IMG/VR virus record: IMGVR_UViG_3300048881_000780
Source of the DNA: a virus
Taxonomy: Duplodnaviria > Caudoviricetes
Reading direction: 5' to 3' (one strand)
DNA: 64,000 nucleotides
Under the pieces are notes generated by a model. The model saw nothing but the letters and a program-made list of their open reading frames with translations, made no database searches and had not been told where the DNA came from. A program made the translations under genes and the position numbers. Position 1 is the stretch's first letter. The number at the start of each line of letters is the position of its first letter. Below are positions 1 through 10,198 of this stretch, piece by piece.

Positions 1-1548
1 CTCATTGGCAACTGCTTGTTGCTTGTTTGCAATCATTTGCAGATCAGTAACATTTGTACTCTGCTGACAAGTAACTTCCTCTCTAACAAAAGCAGGCTGA
101 TACTTGGTTTTTACATTCTTTGTTTCAATCTTGTAGTAATTACCAAAGTACTTAGACCCAAAAGTAAAAATTTTCTTTTCACCATTTTTAATCTTTCTAT
201 TTAGCTCAAAAATACGATCGGCATACATAGCTAGTAATCCATTGGCATTTTCAACCTTTTCTCCTGCATTATCTAAACAAGCATCCATCTTCTTTTTGTA
301 CTTTAAATCAAACTTAGGATCTTCAATATCTAACCCCTTCTTCATCTGCTCTGGAGGACAGAACATACTGGTATTGCTAAACTCACTCTCAATCGCACGC
401 TCAGGTGCACTCCCCGCACCAAATGCGCCACCAGCTAAGTTAAAAGATGATGAGTACTTCATCTTTGTTACATACTCATTCCATCTCTCAGCATAATTTT
501 CTTTAAATTCCTTTAAATACTTCTTATCTTCAGTAACCTTAAAATTTTGATACTTTTGATCAATCTTTGTATCTACGGCCTTGTATTTATCATCCATTGG
601 ATCGTCAGATTTAGTTTTGATCTCTTTAATAGTTTGAGACTTAACCTTTCTAGTCTTTGGATCCTCTTCAGTTAATACAACTGCATTAACAAGTAGGTCA
701 TTTAACCTAGTTGAAAATAAATTATAGGCCCTATCAAAACTACTCTTTCTAGCTACAACACCATCTGTTTCCACATCATGTTTATTAACAATTCTCACAC
801 CCATGTCTAAGAGATATCTATAAATGACATCCCTTTCGTCTCTACTGTCTTCAACAATAACTTGTTGCTTCTGGTAAACCTCTTCGTACTCTTTTAAAGC
901 ATCTGGCGGTAAATCATTATATCCAGGTTGAGGACACTTATTTAAATTAGAGTACTTCTTTTGAGAGTACGCAATTTGAGCGAGTCTCCCAACATCTGAC
1001 TCAATTTCATTTCTACTTCTAACATCCACAGGGTCATCTTGAGTAACATACTTATTAGACCACTCCCCAATATCTCTAACTGAATTATTTAAGCGAGATG
1101 CAAGCATCTGAGCATCAACTCCATCTTTTAGAGATGGTTTACCGTCTCTAAAAGTGAAGGTTGAAGTTCCCGTGTCATATAAACTTCTAGAAAGATATAA
1201 GTGATCATCCCACTTATTTCCTGTTAACTTATTTAAATACTCTGCTGACCTAAAAAGAGCTTCAGCTGTACTTAGTTGACTAATGTCATAGAGCAATGAG
1301 CAAAAATCTAAGATAACATTGGGATTTGTCGCAATACCCAAAGTGAAACCAACACTACCTTGTAGTGGCCAGTTGATAGTCGTTAAACTAGTCATAATGC
1401 TAGATAAATATTGGACATCTTCACAAAATCCAAGATTTACATTTACTGGCCCAATTTGAGCACTTTGATCTTGAGCATAAGCTTGTTGTCCTAAAAATAA
1501 ATTTAGAATCAATGAGCTGTAGACAATAAGGTGTTTCACTAGTTTCAT
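1..1548 (-). CDS. Large secreted protein, paralog of 8570..10198 (T4SS-associated); 3' end runs off window
   Basis: Absent from ORF track. Segments translated by hand from ATG at 1548 (MKLVKHLIVYSSLILNLFLGQQAYAQ, signal peptide) and at 1-180 are open and in the same frame. They align with the 8570 protein (AEYLNKLTGNKWDD vs AEQFNHITGKKFDD; EEVTCQQS vs QEVSCSNS). Confidence 0.85.
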   Translation of the reverse strand, partial: MKLVKHLIVYSSLILNLFLGQQAYAQDQSAQIGPVNVNLGFCEDVQYLSSIMTSLTTINWPLQGSVGFTLGIATNPNVILDFCSLLYDISQLSTAEALFRSAEYLNKLTGNKWDDHLYLSRSLYDTGTSTFTFRDGKPSLKDGVDAQMLASRLNNSVRDIGEWSNKYVTQDDPVDVRSRNEIESDVGRLAQIAYSQKKYSNLNKCPQPGYNDLPPDALKEYEEVYQKQQVIVEDSRDERDVIYRYLLDMGVRIVNKHDVETDGVVARKSSFDRAYNLFSTRLNDLLVNAVVLTEEDPKTRKVKSQTIKEIKTKSDDPMDDKYKAVDTKIDQKYQNFKVTEDKKYLKEFKENYAERWNEYVTKMKYSSSFNLAGGAFGAGSAPERAIESEFSNTSMFCPPEQMKKGLDIEDPKFDLKYKKKMDACLDNAGEKVENANGLLAMYADRIFELNRKIKNGEKKIFTFGSKYFGNYYKIETKNVKTKYQPAFVREEVTCQQSTNVTDLQMIANKQQAVANE

Positions 1549-1643
1549 ATATACATTTTAATAAATCTGAGGTGATACTCATCGTTTCTATTACTATATT
1601 TATCGCTATTTCTGACCCTAAATAAATTAATTAGTTGAATATA

Positions 1644-1660
1644 TTGACGGAAGGTGTTAA
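1644..1660. promoter_or_regulatory. Palindromic operator copy (TTGACGGAAGGTGTTAA) inside TTGAAT-17-TAATAT promoter
   Basis: Matches recurrent WTRAC-N7-GTYAW motif. Confidence 0.6.
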
Positions 1661-1690
1661 TATTTGAATATTAACCAGATGGAGGCATAA

Positions 1691-1975
1691 ATGAAGCTAT
1701 TTGCACTAGAAAAAATGCTACATTTTAAGCAGGAATTTGACCAAGATGCTAAATTACCCAAGACTGAAGAGGAGTTTAGAACATGGTTTATCCAGCTAGT
1801 TAAAGAACTGGAGCCTGAAAAACTATCCAGTGGTGGAGAGGCCACTAGAGCTGAGATGAGAGAGCGAAAGAAGGAGTTAGATTCCGCTTGGACAGAACTC
1901 GAGTTCCTAAGAGGTAAGAAAGTGAGCTTTAATGAGGCCGAGTCATGGCTCTTTGAAAGTGTAAAATCTACTTAG
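1691..1975 (+). CDS. Hypothetical protein
   Basis: ORF with GGAGG SD. Confidence 0.7.
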   Translation: MKLFALEKMLHFKQEFDQDAKLPKTEEEFRTWFIQLVKELEPEKLSSGGEATRAEMRERKKELDSAWTELEFLRGKKVSFNEAESWLFESVKST

Positions 1976-2255
1976 TAATCGCTTTTCTATAGTTAATCAC
2001 CATATCTTCATAAGAAGTGTAGTTTCCAAAATGACATTCTCCATTTGGATCTGGAATTGGTATTCTAAATTTGTAATCACAAATATCCCAAGAATCTAAG
2101 CCAACTCCCTTTTTAAAATATGAACCATCAGAAATTTCATATTCAATATTCTTTAATTTCTTTCTAATTTTAGAATTTGAATACCTCTTTGCGGATTTTC
2201 TCCACTTAGATCCATAACCTTCAGTTACAAACGCTTTTCTTCTACTCTTTCCCAT
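1968..2255 (-). CDS. Small basic conserved hypothetical protein (phage/plasmid type)
   Basis: AAGGAG SD; KR..N.KIR...G..FKK...WDICDY pattern recalled from phage small proteins. Confidence 0.7.
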   Translation of the reverse strand: MGKSRRKAFVTEGYGSKWRKSAKRYSNSKIRKKLKNIEYEISDGSYFKKGVGLDSWDICDYKFRIPIPDPNGECHFGNYTSYEDMVINYRKAITK

Positions 2256-2290
2256 ATAAAAACTCCTTAAAGCTCTCTATTATAAGAAAT

Positions 2291-2698
2291 TTAAATCAAA
2301 GACTTTAACCACGAATTATTCTTGGTAACGGGAATCTTCTTAATATCCTCTTTCTTACTCAAATCTTCCATCTCTCCATCAAATATCCCATTCGGAGGTA
2401 ATCTCTCCTCTAGTGTATGAATATCTACTTCTTTAATTACTGGATCACTATTAATTGGATACGTTACAAGATATGAGGTTTTAGACTTAAGAAAAGTTGA
2501 TCTGGTATCACAGACCTTATCTTTAAGGTCTATAAAATCAGCTGTTTTTAATTTTGAAAATAGCATGGTTCTAGAATCTAGAGCAATTGTTAGATAGCTT
2601 GAAGTTTCTCTTTCCTTATCATGGTAAACACCCAGTCCTGAAACTTGATCAAGAAAGCTACCCATTGTAAGTTCATTTAAATTCAACATATTAATCAC
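2291..2698 (-). CDS. Hypothetical protein
   Basis: 135-aa ORF. Confidence 0.6.
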   Translation of the reverse strand: MINMLNLNELTMGSFLDQVSGLGVYHDKERETSSYLTIALDSRTMLFSKLKTADFIDLKDKVCDTRSTFLKSKTSYLVTYPINSDPVIKEVDIHTLEERLPPNGIFDGEMEDLSKKEDIKKIPVTKNNSWLKSLI

Positions 2699-2747
2699 CC
2701 ATTACTATTATAATTAAATTACGATAAGCACTTTAGGAGACAAAATT

Positions 2748-3116
2748 ATGATAGAAATTAAAAAAGTAAGCGTTGATAACTATAAAATAGATCTAAAGAA
2801 TTCTAGAAAAAAAGAAAGGCCCACAATGACTGATCCTGGATCTCCTGCATCACTAGCGATTGATATCTATAGAATTAGCGTTGAAGATAAGAGCGCTCTT
2901 TTAAAAACATTAAGTGTAGGTAAAACGATTCGTTTTAAAATTGATCAAGACTTACTACTTACTCATCCTAAAAAAGATATCGATATGGAACACTATGCAA
3001 ATGGATGGGGAGAGGGAGAAATCTCTTCTATTGAAAATTTTGATAAAAATTGCGAAGATGATGAAACCCAAGAAATCACAATTAACTTAGAGAGTGGATA
3101 CGCTGAAGAGCTATGA
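2748..3116 (+). CDS. Hypothetical protein
   Basis: ORF with AGGAG SD. Confidence 0.7.
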   Translation: MIEIKKVSVDNYKIDLKNSRKKERPTMTDPGSPASLAIDIYRISVEDKSALLKTLSVGKTIRFKIDQDLLLTHPKKDIDMEHYANGWGEGEISSIENFDKNCEDDETQEITINLESGYAEEL

Positions 3117-4550
3117 TTTAAAAGATCCCTTCTTCTTTAACCACGTCAATCGATCTAACCCTTGAAGGTGAGGTGGAATATCAAAGATTCTCTCCTCTAT
3201 TGTTTGTGCCAGGTAATAGCAAAAATATTGAACTGTCTTAGTTGTTGAAATTCTCTGAAATCTACCAATTAGTTGATTTCTCTTTTCTTGCTCAAAACTT
3301 AGAGAAAAATCCAGACAAATATCACAGTAATCTAAATTAAGACCTCTAGAGTCTACCTTTGCATTAAAAAGGAGTATTTGATAAGCGTGATTCTCACCTA
3401 TAAAGTGCGGGTGACTAAAACTCTTAGAAAATTCCTTCATTGTGAGATCGCTTGGGAAAATCACAGCAATTCTAGCGCTTGGAAACTCCTTAATCTTTTT
3501 TAATAATTCGCTCTTTACTTTAGAGATTCTTATATTTGCAAGGCCCTTTAACTCAAGACTCAAGTCATCGGACTTTTGATAATTTCCAGCCTTTAATGGT
3601 GTTTTAATAACTTTAGAAACATTTTTAAAAAGACCTTTAGCGGTTCTTCTTAGGTAGTACTTCTTTACATCAGTCAGTAAATTCCCCTTGGCCTGATGAG
3701 TATTTGTATCTTTTTCAAAGTAAAAATACCTTTTAAGGAATTCTGTCTTTAATAAATCTTTTTGAATAAGCGACAATTCCCCATAGAATCTCAATTGATC
3801 GAGTTCCAAATCAAAGGCATTTAGAAAAGTTATCTTATCAGTATGAGATAGGCCCTTCTTAAATAGTTTATACTTCTTTGTTGTCGTATTTCTAAGGCAT
3901 TGTGATTCATCAATAACTACATAATGATAGTCACTAAAATGATCAATATCTTTTTTTAACTTTTCTAGATAATTCTTATGTGAACATAGCAGTATTGGGG
4001 TATTTTTACTCTCATCACTGCTAATAATAGTGGCAAATCTTCTACCATAAACAAGAGAGGCCTCAGTCTCCCAAGTTTTAATGAGATGTTCTGGTGCGAG
4101 AATTAACGCCCTTTTAGAGGAGTTTACTAATACTAAGAGAGCGCAGAGAGAAATTGTTGTCTTCCCCATACCTGGATCATCTCTAAGAAAGGCCTTTCCG
4201 TCGTTTTTCACAATAAAACTAACTCCCTTTTCTTGAAAGGGGTATAACTTTCTCTTGATTGGATATTCAGAGAGGTTGACCACTCGCTTTTTAAATTCAT
4301 TATTATTTAAATAATCTTCTAAATCTGAATCGGCCTTAAATTGATAATTTAAATGAGAAGCAAACTCAAGGAAGTTATATAAATGATCGCGATTCACTGG
4401 AAAATCCCAATAAAACTTACCCTTTATTTTCTTACCGACAACTTCCTTATATTTTTTTACTTCTTTTAGTAGGATTGCATCATAGGGGAAAGATAACCTA
4501 AAAATAGGTTCTTGTGTGTTATTAAAATATTCACACTTAATTAACTTCAA
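3111..4550 (-). CDS. SNF2-family helicase-like protein (divergent)
   Basis: LYPFQEKGV Q-motif, DDPGMGKT Walker A, VIDESQ Walker B, GLNL and QLIGRFQRI motifs V/VI. Confidence 0.8.
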   Translation of the reverse strand: MKLIKCEYFNNTQEPIFRLSFPYDAILLKEVKKYKEVVGKKIKGKFYWDFPVNRDHLYNFLEFASHLNYQFKADSDLEDYLNNNEFKKRVVNLSEYPIKRKLYPFQEKGVSFIVKNDGKAFLRDDPGMGKTTISLCALLVLVNSSKRALILAPEHLIKTWETEASLVYGRRFATIISSDESKNTPILLCSHKNYLEKLKKDIDHFSDYHYVVIDESQCLRNTTTKKYKLFKKGLSHTDKITFLNAFDLELDQLRFYGELSLIQKDLLKTEFLKRYFYFEKDTNTHQAKGNLLTDVKKYYLRRTAKGLFKNVSKVIKTPLKAGNYQKSDDLSLELKGLANIRISKVKSELLKKIKEFPSARIAVIFPSDLTMKEFSKSFSHPHFIGENHAYQILLFNAKVDSRGLNLDYCDICLDFSLSFEQEKRNQLIGRFQRISTTKTVQYFCYYLAQTIEERIFDIPPHLQGLDRLTWLKKKGSFKS

Positions 4551-5509
4551 CCTACTCGCTCCTTAAGATTATCTAACAACTCGATCAGTATCTTAAACCT
4601 CTCAACCATCCCTGAATAGATTATAGAATCCATCTCATCTAGACCCTCGTCATCATCGTATTTAACGAAACTTCTATCTTTTACCCCATCTACACCAAGA
4701 GAAGATTGAGATAGTTTGATCTTAGATATCTGTTCACTCATTTTCATTAATTGAGGATTAAAACTAATGGAATCGACCTCAAATTTTTCTTCGGCCATTC
4801 CTTCATAGACAAAATTATCAAGTTTACTAAAACTACCCCTATAATCAATTTTTTCACTCTTAATTAAATTTTCTCTACTTTTAAAAGTGATACTCACCTT
4901 CTCATCCTTCATATCTGGAGAGTCTGATAATAGAAAAAATAATGAATTTAAGATATCTGCTCTTTGATAAGTTTTATTTTCTTCATCAAAGAAGCAATAT
5001 GTTAAACAAGATAATTCAATATCAATACCAAGATATTGCTTTAAATAGAGCATGAAAGAATAATTATAGTCCTTTCGAATAATACTTGAAGCAAAGAGAT
5101 TATCCTTAGTTGAAATAAAGAAAGTAACTTCCTTTTCTTTAATTGGAGAAGTTAATAGACACTCTTTTCTTGCTTGGGCCTCAATAGTGTACCTATCATC
5201 ACGATACTCTCTTTTTCTCCACCATTTATTTGGAAAACCATTTTTTAAGATGGCCTGTTGATATAGATCCTTTTTTCTCTTTTTTACATCAGATTCTTTA
5301 ACAACCACTTCTTTACAAATAAAAGTTAAATAACAAATATCTAAATCATCTAGATACCTTGATTTCTTTTCCTTAAATACCCAAGATCTTCCATATTCTC
5401 TAACATTTAAAGGTTTTGAATCTATTAGAGAATAAAATAGAAAAGATAAGTCAACCTGGTTGTCTATATTGAATATTTGCGCACTATACGTTTGCGTCAA
5501 CATAGACAT
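4547..5509 (-). CDS. Hypothetical protein, weak resemblance to RdgC
   Basis: 320-aa ORF in operon with SNF2; the segment KEVVVKESDVKK...ARKECLL resembles the RdgC N-terminal pattern (by eye only). Confidence 0.5.
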   Translation of the reverse strand: MSMLTQTYSAQIFNIDNQVDLSFLFYSLIDSKPLNVREYGRSWVFKEKKSRYLDDLDICYLTFICKEVVVKESDVKKRKKDLYQQAILKNGFPNKWWRKREYRDDRYTIEAQARKECLLTSPIKEKEVTFFISTKDNLFASSIIRKDYNYSFMLYLKQYLGIDIELSCLTYCFFDEENKTYQRADILNSLFFLLSDSPDMKDEKVSITFKSRENLIKSEKIDYRGSFSKLDNFVYEGMAEEKFEVDSISFNPQLMKMSEQISKIKLSQSSLGVDGVKDRSFVKYDDDEGLDEMDSIIYSGMVERFKILIELLDNLKERVG

Positions 5510-5735
5510 CAGTTAACTCCTGTAAGGTAGTAATAACTTCGTTAAAAACCTTTTCATCATTAAATGAAAGACTGTAGTTTTGGGAACATTGTCCAAAGAA
5601 CTTAAAATCTTCTTTGAATTTAAGGTCAAATTTATTCTCAATAAGTTCAATTAGATCTTTTGAGCTTAAACCTGTATTCTTCTCTTTAAAGAATATAGAA
5701 AAATCCTTGAACGTCAGTCCAATTGTAAACTTCAT
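5484..5735 (-). CDS. Hypothetical protein
   Basis: AGGAG SD, first gene of operon. Confidence 0.65.
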   Translation of the reverse strand: MKFTIGLTFKDFSIFFKEKNTGLSSKDLIELIENKFDLKFKEDFKFFGQCSQNYSLSFNDEKVFNEVITTLQELTDVYVDANV

Positions 5736-5762
5736 AAAAACTCCTAATGGTGTGTTATGCGA

Positions 5763-5966
5763 TTAAGGAACCATTAAATAGATAACGCCACTTGTGTATT
5801 TTAAGGCGCCATTAACTCCATCCTTAGATTCACTTTCTTGAATATCTAATTCCCTTTGCTTGTCTTTGATAAATGAATTGACATCACTACTCTCGACCTT
5901 ACCTTTAGAAGATCCGGCGCAAGAAGCGAAAACAAATAAAGTGAACAATAATACAAATATTTTCAT
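5763..5966 (-). CDS. Small lipoprotein
   Basis: Likely start MKIFVLLFTLFVFASC (lipobox) at 5966. Confidence 0.7.
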   Translation of the reverse strand: MKIFVLLFTLFVFASCAGSSKGKVESSDVNSFIKDKQRELDIQESESKDGVNGALKYTSGVIYLMVP

Positions 5967-5975
5967 AAATATATT

Positions 5976-5992
5976 ATAACAGATTGTGTTAA
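5976..5992. promoter_or_regulatory. Palindromic operator copy (ATAACAGATTGTGTTAA)
   Basis: Abuts minus-strand TATAAT of the lipoprotein gene. Confidence 0.7.
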
Positions 5993-6109
5993 CTATAAAA
6001 AGCATCATAAGTACCTAAAAAAGCTTAGATGTGTAATGTTTTTCTCATTCTTAACCTTTAGTTGACGATATTTAGGCCCGCACACTACTCATTAAATTAA
6101 AATAGATAT

Positions 6110-6598
6110 ATGAGATTATTAATTCTAGCTCTATTTTTTTCTATGACATCAAGTGCTTATGATTTAATTATTCCAAGCCCTCTGATTTCTTGTTACAAAG
6201 AAAATAAAGACTTTATTAAGGAAAGGGCCTTAGTTACCATTAGGGCCAAGTTAAAAGATGAAATAAAGGAAAAGATGAGAGCTAAGAATTTAAATGATAC
6301 AGATATATATAGATTTATCACAAATCCCTATCTCGATTTAAATGTAAAGATTAACAAAATTAAAGAATACGTCGAATTTAGCTTTTCACCAAATTCATCT
6401 ATTTACGAACAGGATTTTCAAAAAAGACTTCACAATTTTTCAAATCATCCATTCTTAGAGATTAAAAGTATTACTAAAAGTCGAGTTAATGATATAAAAC
6501 GGGTACATGATTTTTCTATAGGTTGTCAGGCCCATTATTTTCACGACACAAAGAATGATGATCACAGAATACAATTTCTATTTAAATGGTCATTTTAA
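6110..6598 (+). CDS. Secreted hypothetical protein
   Basis: Signal peptide MRLLILALFFSMTSSA; ATG 6 nt after TAAAAT. Confidence 0.75.
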   Translation: MRLLILALFFSMTSSAYDLIIPSPLISCYKENKDFIKERALVTIRAKLKDEIKEKMRAKNLNDTDIYRFITNPYLDLNVKINKIKEYVEFSFSPNSSIYEQDFQKRLHNFSNHPFLEIKSITKSRVNDIKRVHDFSIGCQAHYFHDTKNDDHRIQFLFKWSF

Positions 6599-8235
6599 AC
6601 TCTTTTAATATCCGATAGAATCATCTCGCCACTTGAAGTAACACCATAAGTAATTTCAACACGTTTATTTAAAAACAAAGATAGATTATCTCTGTTTAAG
6701 AGTTTCATGATCTTATCAGAGTATTTCCAGAAAAATAAAAGCCCAGTAGATGTAGTAGACTTATCCTTTAAGATTAATTTGAAATGATCTCCGTTTTTTC
6801 CCAAAGACTCTATATCTAGTAATGTGGCCCTACTTTTAAACTCGGGCGCTTCTCTTTTTTCTCCAAATGGAAAGAGGGTTTTATATTGATCTTGAAAATC
6901 ACTACTAAAAACTTCACTTAGTTCTATCTTAAGAGACTTATCAATTATGCATGGTTTTCTTTTTTGTAAGTTTTCCTGTAAATACTCAAGCTCACTTTCT
7001 CTCAAACTCATACCACAGGCCATTTTGTGACCACCAAAAGATATAAATAGATCTCGTCCCTTTTCCTCTCGATGCTTAGAGTTAATTTGAGATAAGTGAT
7101 CATACAAGTTAAAGTCTTCAGTGGAGCGAGCACTACCTTTATAACAGTCCTTTTCTTTATTGTAAGTAAGACAAATACAAGGATAATGAAGCGACCTAAC
7201 TAAACTTCCGGCCACTAACCCTGCTACTCCCTCATGAATAGAACTATCAACATAGAGAAACACGCCACTTGGTGACTTATCACTAAGTGCTTCAAGCGCC
7301 CTATGAGTATTTTCTCTTTGAATATCTTTTCTATTTTTATTTTCATTTTGTAGAAACTTAATTGCTGAGAAATCATAATTTCCCAAAAGAAACTTAAGCG
7401 ATAGATCCATATCACCCAATCTTCCTTTGGCATTTAAAATGGGACATATTTGAAACCCCACCTTTTCAAAATCTATGGATTCATTACCTTTTAAGTAAAC
7501 TAGAGTCTTAAGATGTGAATACATCTTCATACTATTTAAACTTACAAGGCCTTTTTTACAAAGTTCAATATTTACTCCCTGCATGGGAACTCGATCACCA
7601 ATCGTTGCAAGACATACAAAGCCAGTTAAGGCCTTCAAGCTGATTCCTACTTTTTCACTCTTTTTTAACTGATCGTTAATTGCCCATGATAAGTAAAATG
7701 CGACTGCACAACCGCAAAGTATAGATAATTCATTCTCTTTGGAGTCAAATCTCTTAGGGTTTACAACACTGTGAGCATATGGAAGTTCTAAGCTACCGTT
7801 CTCGTGATGATCTGTAATAATTAATTCCAAACCAATTTCTTTAGCAAAAACAGCACTGGAGATTGCGGTGATTCCACAGTCCACAGTGATTAACAGATCT
7901 ACTTTATCTTCTTGCTTGGCCTTTTTAATAATATCTTTATGTAGGCCATAACCATCTATAAAACGATCCGGTTGATAAGTTGAAATCTTGGATTTAAACC
8001 CATTATGCTTTATTATTTCGGATAGATAGATATAGAGAGTTGCTATACTAGTGGTACCATCGACGTCATAGTCTCCATAGATACCAATATTCTCTCCATT
8101 CTCTAGGGCCTGAAATACTCGCTTTGAGGCCTTTTCACAGTCAATTAGCTTGGAGTAGTGAGGAATGGATATTTCTTCATTAGGATCAATATTTGACCTT
8201 CTTAGATATTCTTTTAAGATTTCATTTGTTATCAT
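6595..8235 (-). CDS. recJ: Single-stranded DNA-specific exonuclease RecJ (DHH family)
   Basis: GDYDVDG, TVDCG, TDHH, GSARS, GGHKMACG motifs. Confidence 0.93.
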   Translation of the reverse strand: MITNEILKEYLRRSNIDPNEEISIPHYSKLIDCEKASKRVFQALENGENIGIYGDYDVDGTTSIATLYIYLSEIIKHNGFKSKISTYQPDRFIDGYGLHKDIIKKAKQEDKVDLLITVDCGITAISSAVFAKEIGLELIITDHHENGSLELPYAHSVVNPKRFDSKENELSILCGCAVAFYLSWAINDQLKKSEKVGISLKALTGFVCLATIGDRVPMQGVNIELCKKGLVSLNSMKMYSHLKTLVYLKGNESIDFEKVGFQICPILNAKGRLGDMDLSLKFLLGNYDFSAIKFLQNENKNRKDIQRENTHRALEALSDKSPSGVFLYVDSSIHEGVAGLVAGSLVRSLHYPCICLTYNKEKDCYKGSARSTEDFNLYDHLSQINSKHREEKGRDLFISFGGHKMACGMSLRESELEYLQENLQKRKPCIIDKSLKIELSEVFSSDFQDQYKTLFPFGEKREAPEFKSRATLLDIESLGKNGDHFKLILKDKSTTSTGLLFFWKYSDKIMKLLNRDNLSLFLNKRVEITYGVTSSGEMILSDIKRV

Positions 8236-8333
8236 CTATTCCTCACATAATTAATTATAACACAAATCATATCTTAACGCAAGCTGTCAGCTTTTATTAA
8301 AATTTCCACTCTGTTTTCTCATATAATCCCTGT

Positions 8334-8573
8334 ATGAGAAAAATTAAATATGCGCGACAATTACCAAGTGATAATCAAAAAAAGTATAGAGTTAGAGAAT
8401 ACCTTAAAGAAGTTAATGAGGTGATGAAGGATATGGTCTTAGCAAAGAAGTCCAAAAGAGAAATATTGCTCTATATTCAATCAAAGAGAGATCACGTTAA
8501 AAAACTTCCATCAACAGAAGTAAATAGATTGATTTTAAATAGTTTAAATACTTTACTTAGATTAAAATCTTAA
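8334..8573 (+). CDS. Small basic hypothetical protein
   Basis: ORF preceded by CCACT-N11-TATAAT-6nt-ATG. Confidence 0.6.
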   Translation: MRKIKYARQLPSDNQKKYRVREYLKEVNEVMKDMVLAKKSKREILLYIQSKRDHVKKLPSTEVNRLILNSLNTLLRLKS

Positions 8574-10198
8574 AAGGTCTTAGGGGCACTAGGTATTTGA
8601 GGAATTATTAGAGATTCATTTTCTATTTCAACCTCTTTTTCTCGCCTCTCAAGCTTTCTTCTTAAATCTCTCTCTTGCTCATTCTTTTTTTCAGCTTGTA
8701 GAGCTCTCCTTTTACTAATAACTCTCTTAGTATACTCACTGGCCAATATAGATTTTAGATGAACCTCTTGAGCAACTAATTGATTATTTAAAAGCTTCAT
8801 TTCTGATTTATTCATTGAATTTGAGCAACTTACCTCTTGAGAAGCAAAGGTCTTAGAAGATGAATCTGAAAAATGTCTCTTTCTACCGTAATGAAAAGAC
8901 TCTTGAGTCCAAACCCCGGCCTGATTATCTCTTTCAATTTTCATTTGTTTATAATACTCGTTAGCAGTAGCGTTTAAAATATCATATGGATCAATCTTGC
9001 TATCACTAACACATTTTTGATATTCTCTTTCTATAAATTGATTTCTTGCGTTCTCATCATATCCAAATTTATCTAGATTACCTTTATTATAGTGGTCATC
9101 TTCAATTTTTGAGTAATTACAATCTGGATTAAAAGTTTGATAAGAGTCAGTTTGTTGTTCAATCAATGTCCCAGATGCCAATCCATAAGTATTAGTATAG
9201 CGAATTCTATTTAAGAAGGCCGTCCATTCTTCATTGTATAATTCTAGAAACTTATTTAATTGAGATCTATCGGCATTAACTGAAACCCTTTGATATTCTT
9301 TATTAACAAAGCCCATTTTACCTGGAGCACTTTCGGATTTTCTTTTTCTCACTTTCATCTTAGTTTTATAACTAAATGAATTGTTAGATAAACTATTTAA
9401 AGTGGAAATATACTTTTTAAACTTCTTAATATCTTGAGCGTACATCTCCTTTCCCATATCAACTAAATGGTATCTAAGTTCAGTTTGCCTATCTTTAGCG
9501 ACAACTATGCTATTCTTCTTAGGTTCCACAATCTTAGAATAGTATTCATTATAGTCCTGATTGAATAATTCTCTTTGATTATCGTCGGGACAACTAATCT
9601 CTTTCTTTAATGAATTCATATTATAAGCAACTGATGCCAATTCATTTACTCTAGCTTCACGCTCATAAACTGTTGAAAAGATCTTATCTTCTGTCTTTTG
9701 ACCTGGATTATAATTTTCATTGTAATAAGATTGTGCATCTAATAGTAAATCTGTTGTTTGATTAATAGTGTTAGCAGTCTTGAAAAACTCTGGATCACTA
9801 GGATTTAAGCTATGTCTACCAGTTGTTTGAGAGATTGAATTCGCCTTTAAAAATAGATTGATCTCATCGTCAAACTTCTTACCAGTTATATGATTAAATT
9901 GCTCCGCAGCGAAGGCCCTCAGTTCAGCATTTTTAAGCTCTCTAGCTTTCATTACGACATTGCAAACCATCATCATTGCACCATCATTTTCCATGGCCGC
10001 AAAGAAAGTTACCACTGGAGTTACAACAGGTCCCTTTATCTCTAAACCAGCATGGGGTAGTAAGTTTGGCATAGATTGAATTACTGCCAATATGGCCTCT
10101 GCCTGCTCACAAAGTGCCTCAAATTTAGTTTTCTTTGGGGCCTCATAAGCACCTACAGAAAGTATTATAAATAGAAAACTCAATAATATCTTACGCAC
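8570..10198 (-). CDS. Large secreted protein downstream of VirB4 (T4SS-associated)
   Basis: Probable GTG start at 10198 overlapping the VirB4 stop (VRKILLSFLFIILSVGA signal peptide); C-terminal coiled coil; paralog at 1..1548. Confidence 0.75.
   Translation of the reverse strand: MRKILLSFLFIILSVGAYEAPKKTKFEALCEQAEAILAVIQSMPNLLPHAGLEIKGPVVTPVVTFFAAMENDGAMMMVCNVVMKARELKNAELRAFAAEQFNHITGKKFDDEINLFLKANSISQTTGRHSLNPSDPEFFKTANTINQTTDLLLDAQSYYNENYNPGQKTEDKIFSTVYEREARVNELASVAYNMNSLKKEISCPDDNQRELFNQDYNEYYSKIVEPKKNSIVVAKDRQTELRYHLVDMGKEMYAQDIKKFKKYISTLNSLSNNSFSYKTKMKVRKRKSESAPGKMGFVNKEYQRVSVNADRSQLNKFLELYNEEWTAFLNRIRYTNTYGLASGTLIEQQTDSYQTFNPDCNYSKIEDDHYNKGNLDKFGYDENARNQFIEREYQKCVSDSKIDPYDILNATANEYYKQMKIERDNQAGVWTQESFHYGRKRHFSDSSSKTFASQEVSCSNSMNKSEMKLLNNQLVAQEVHLKSILASEYTKRVISKRRALQAEKKNEQERDLRRKLERREKEVEIENESLIIPQIPSAPKTF

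Noticed and set aside
16-496. ORFs 16..204 and 242..496 (+)
   Set aside because: Antisense shadows of the real minus-strand gene 1..1548.
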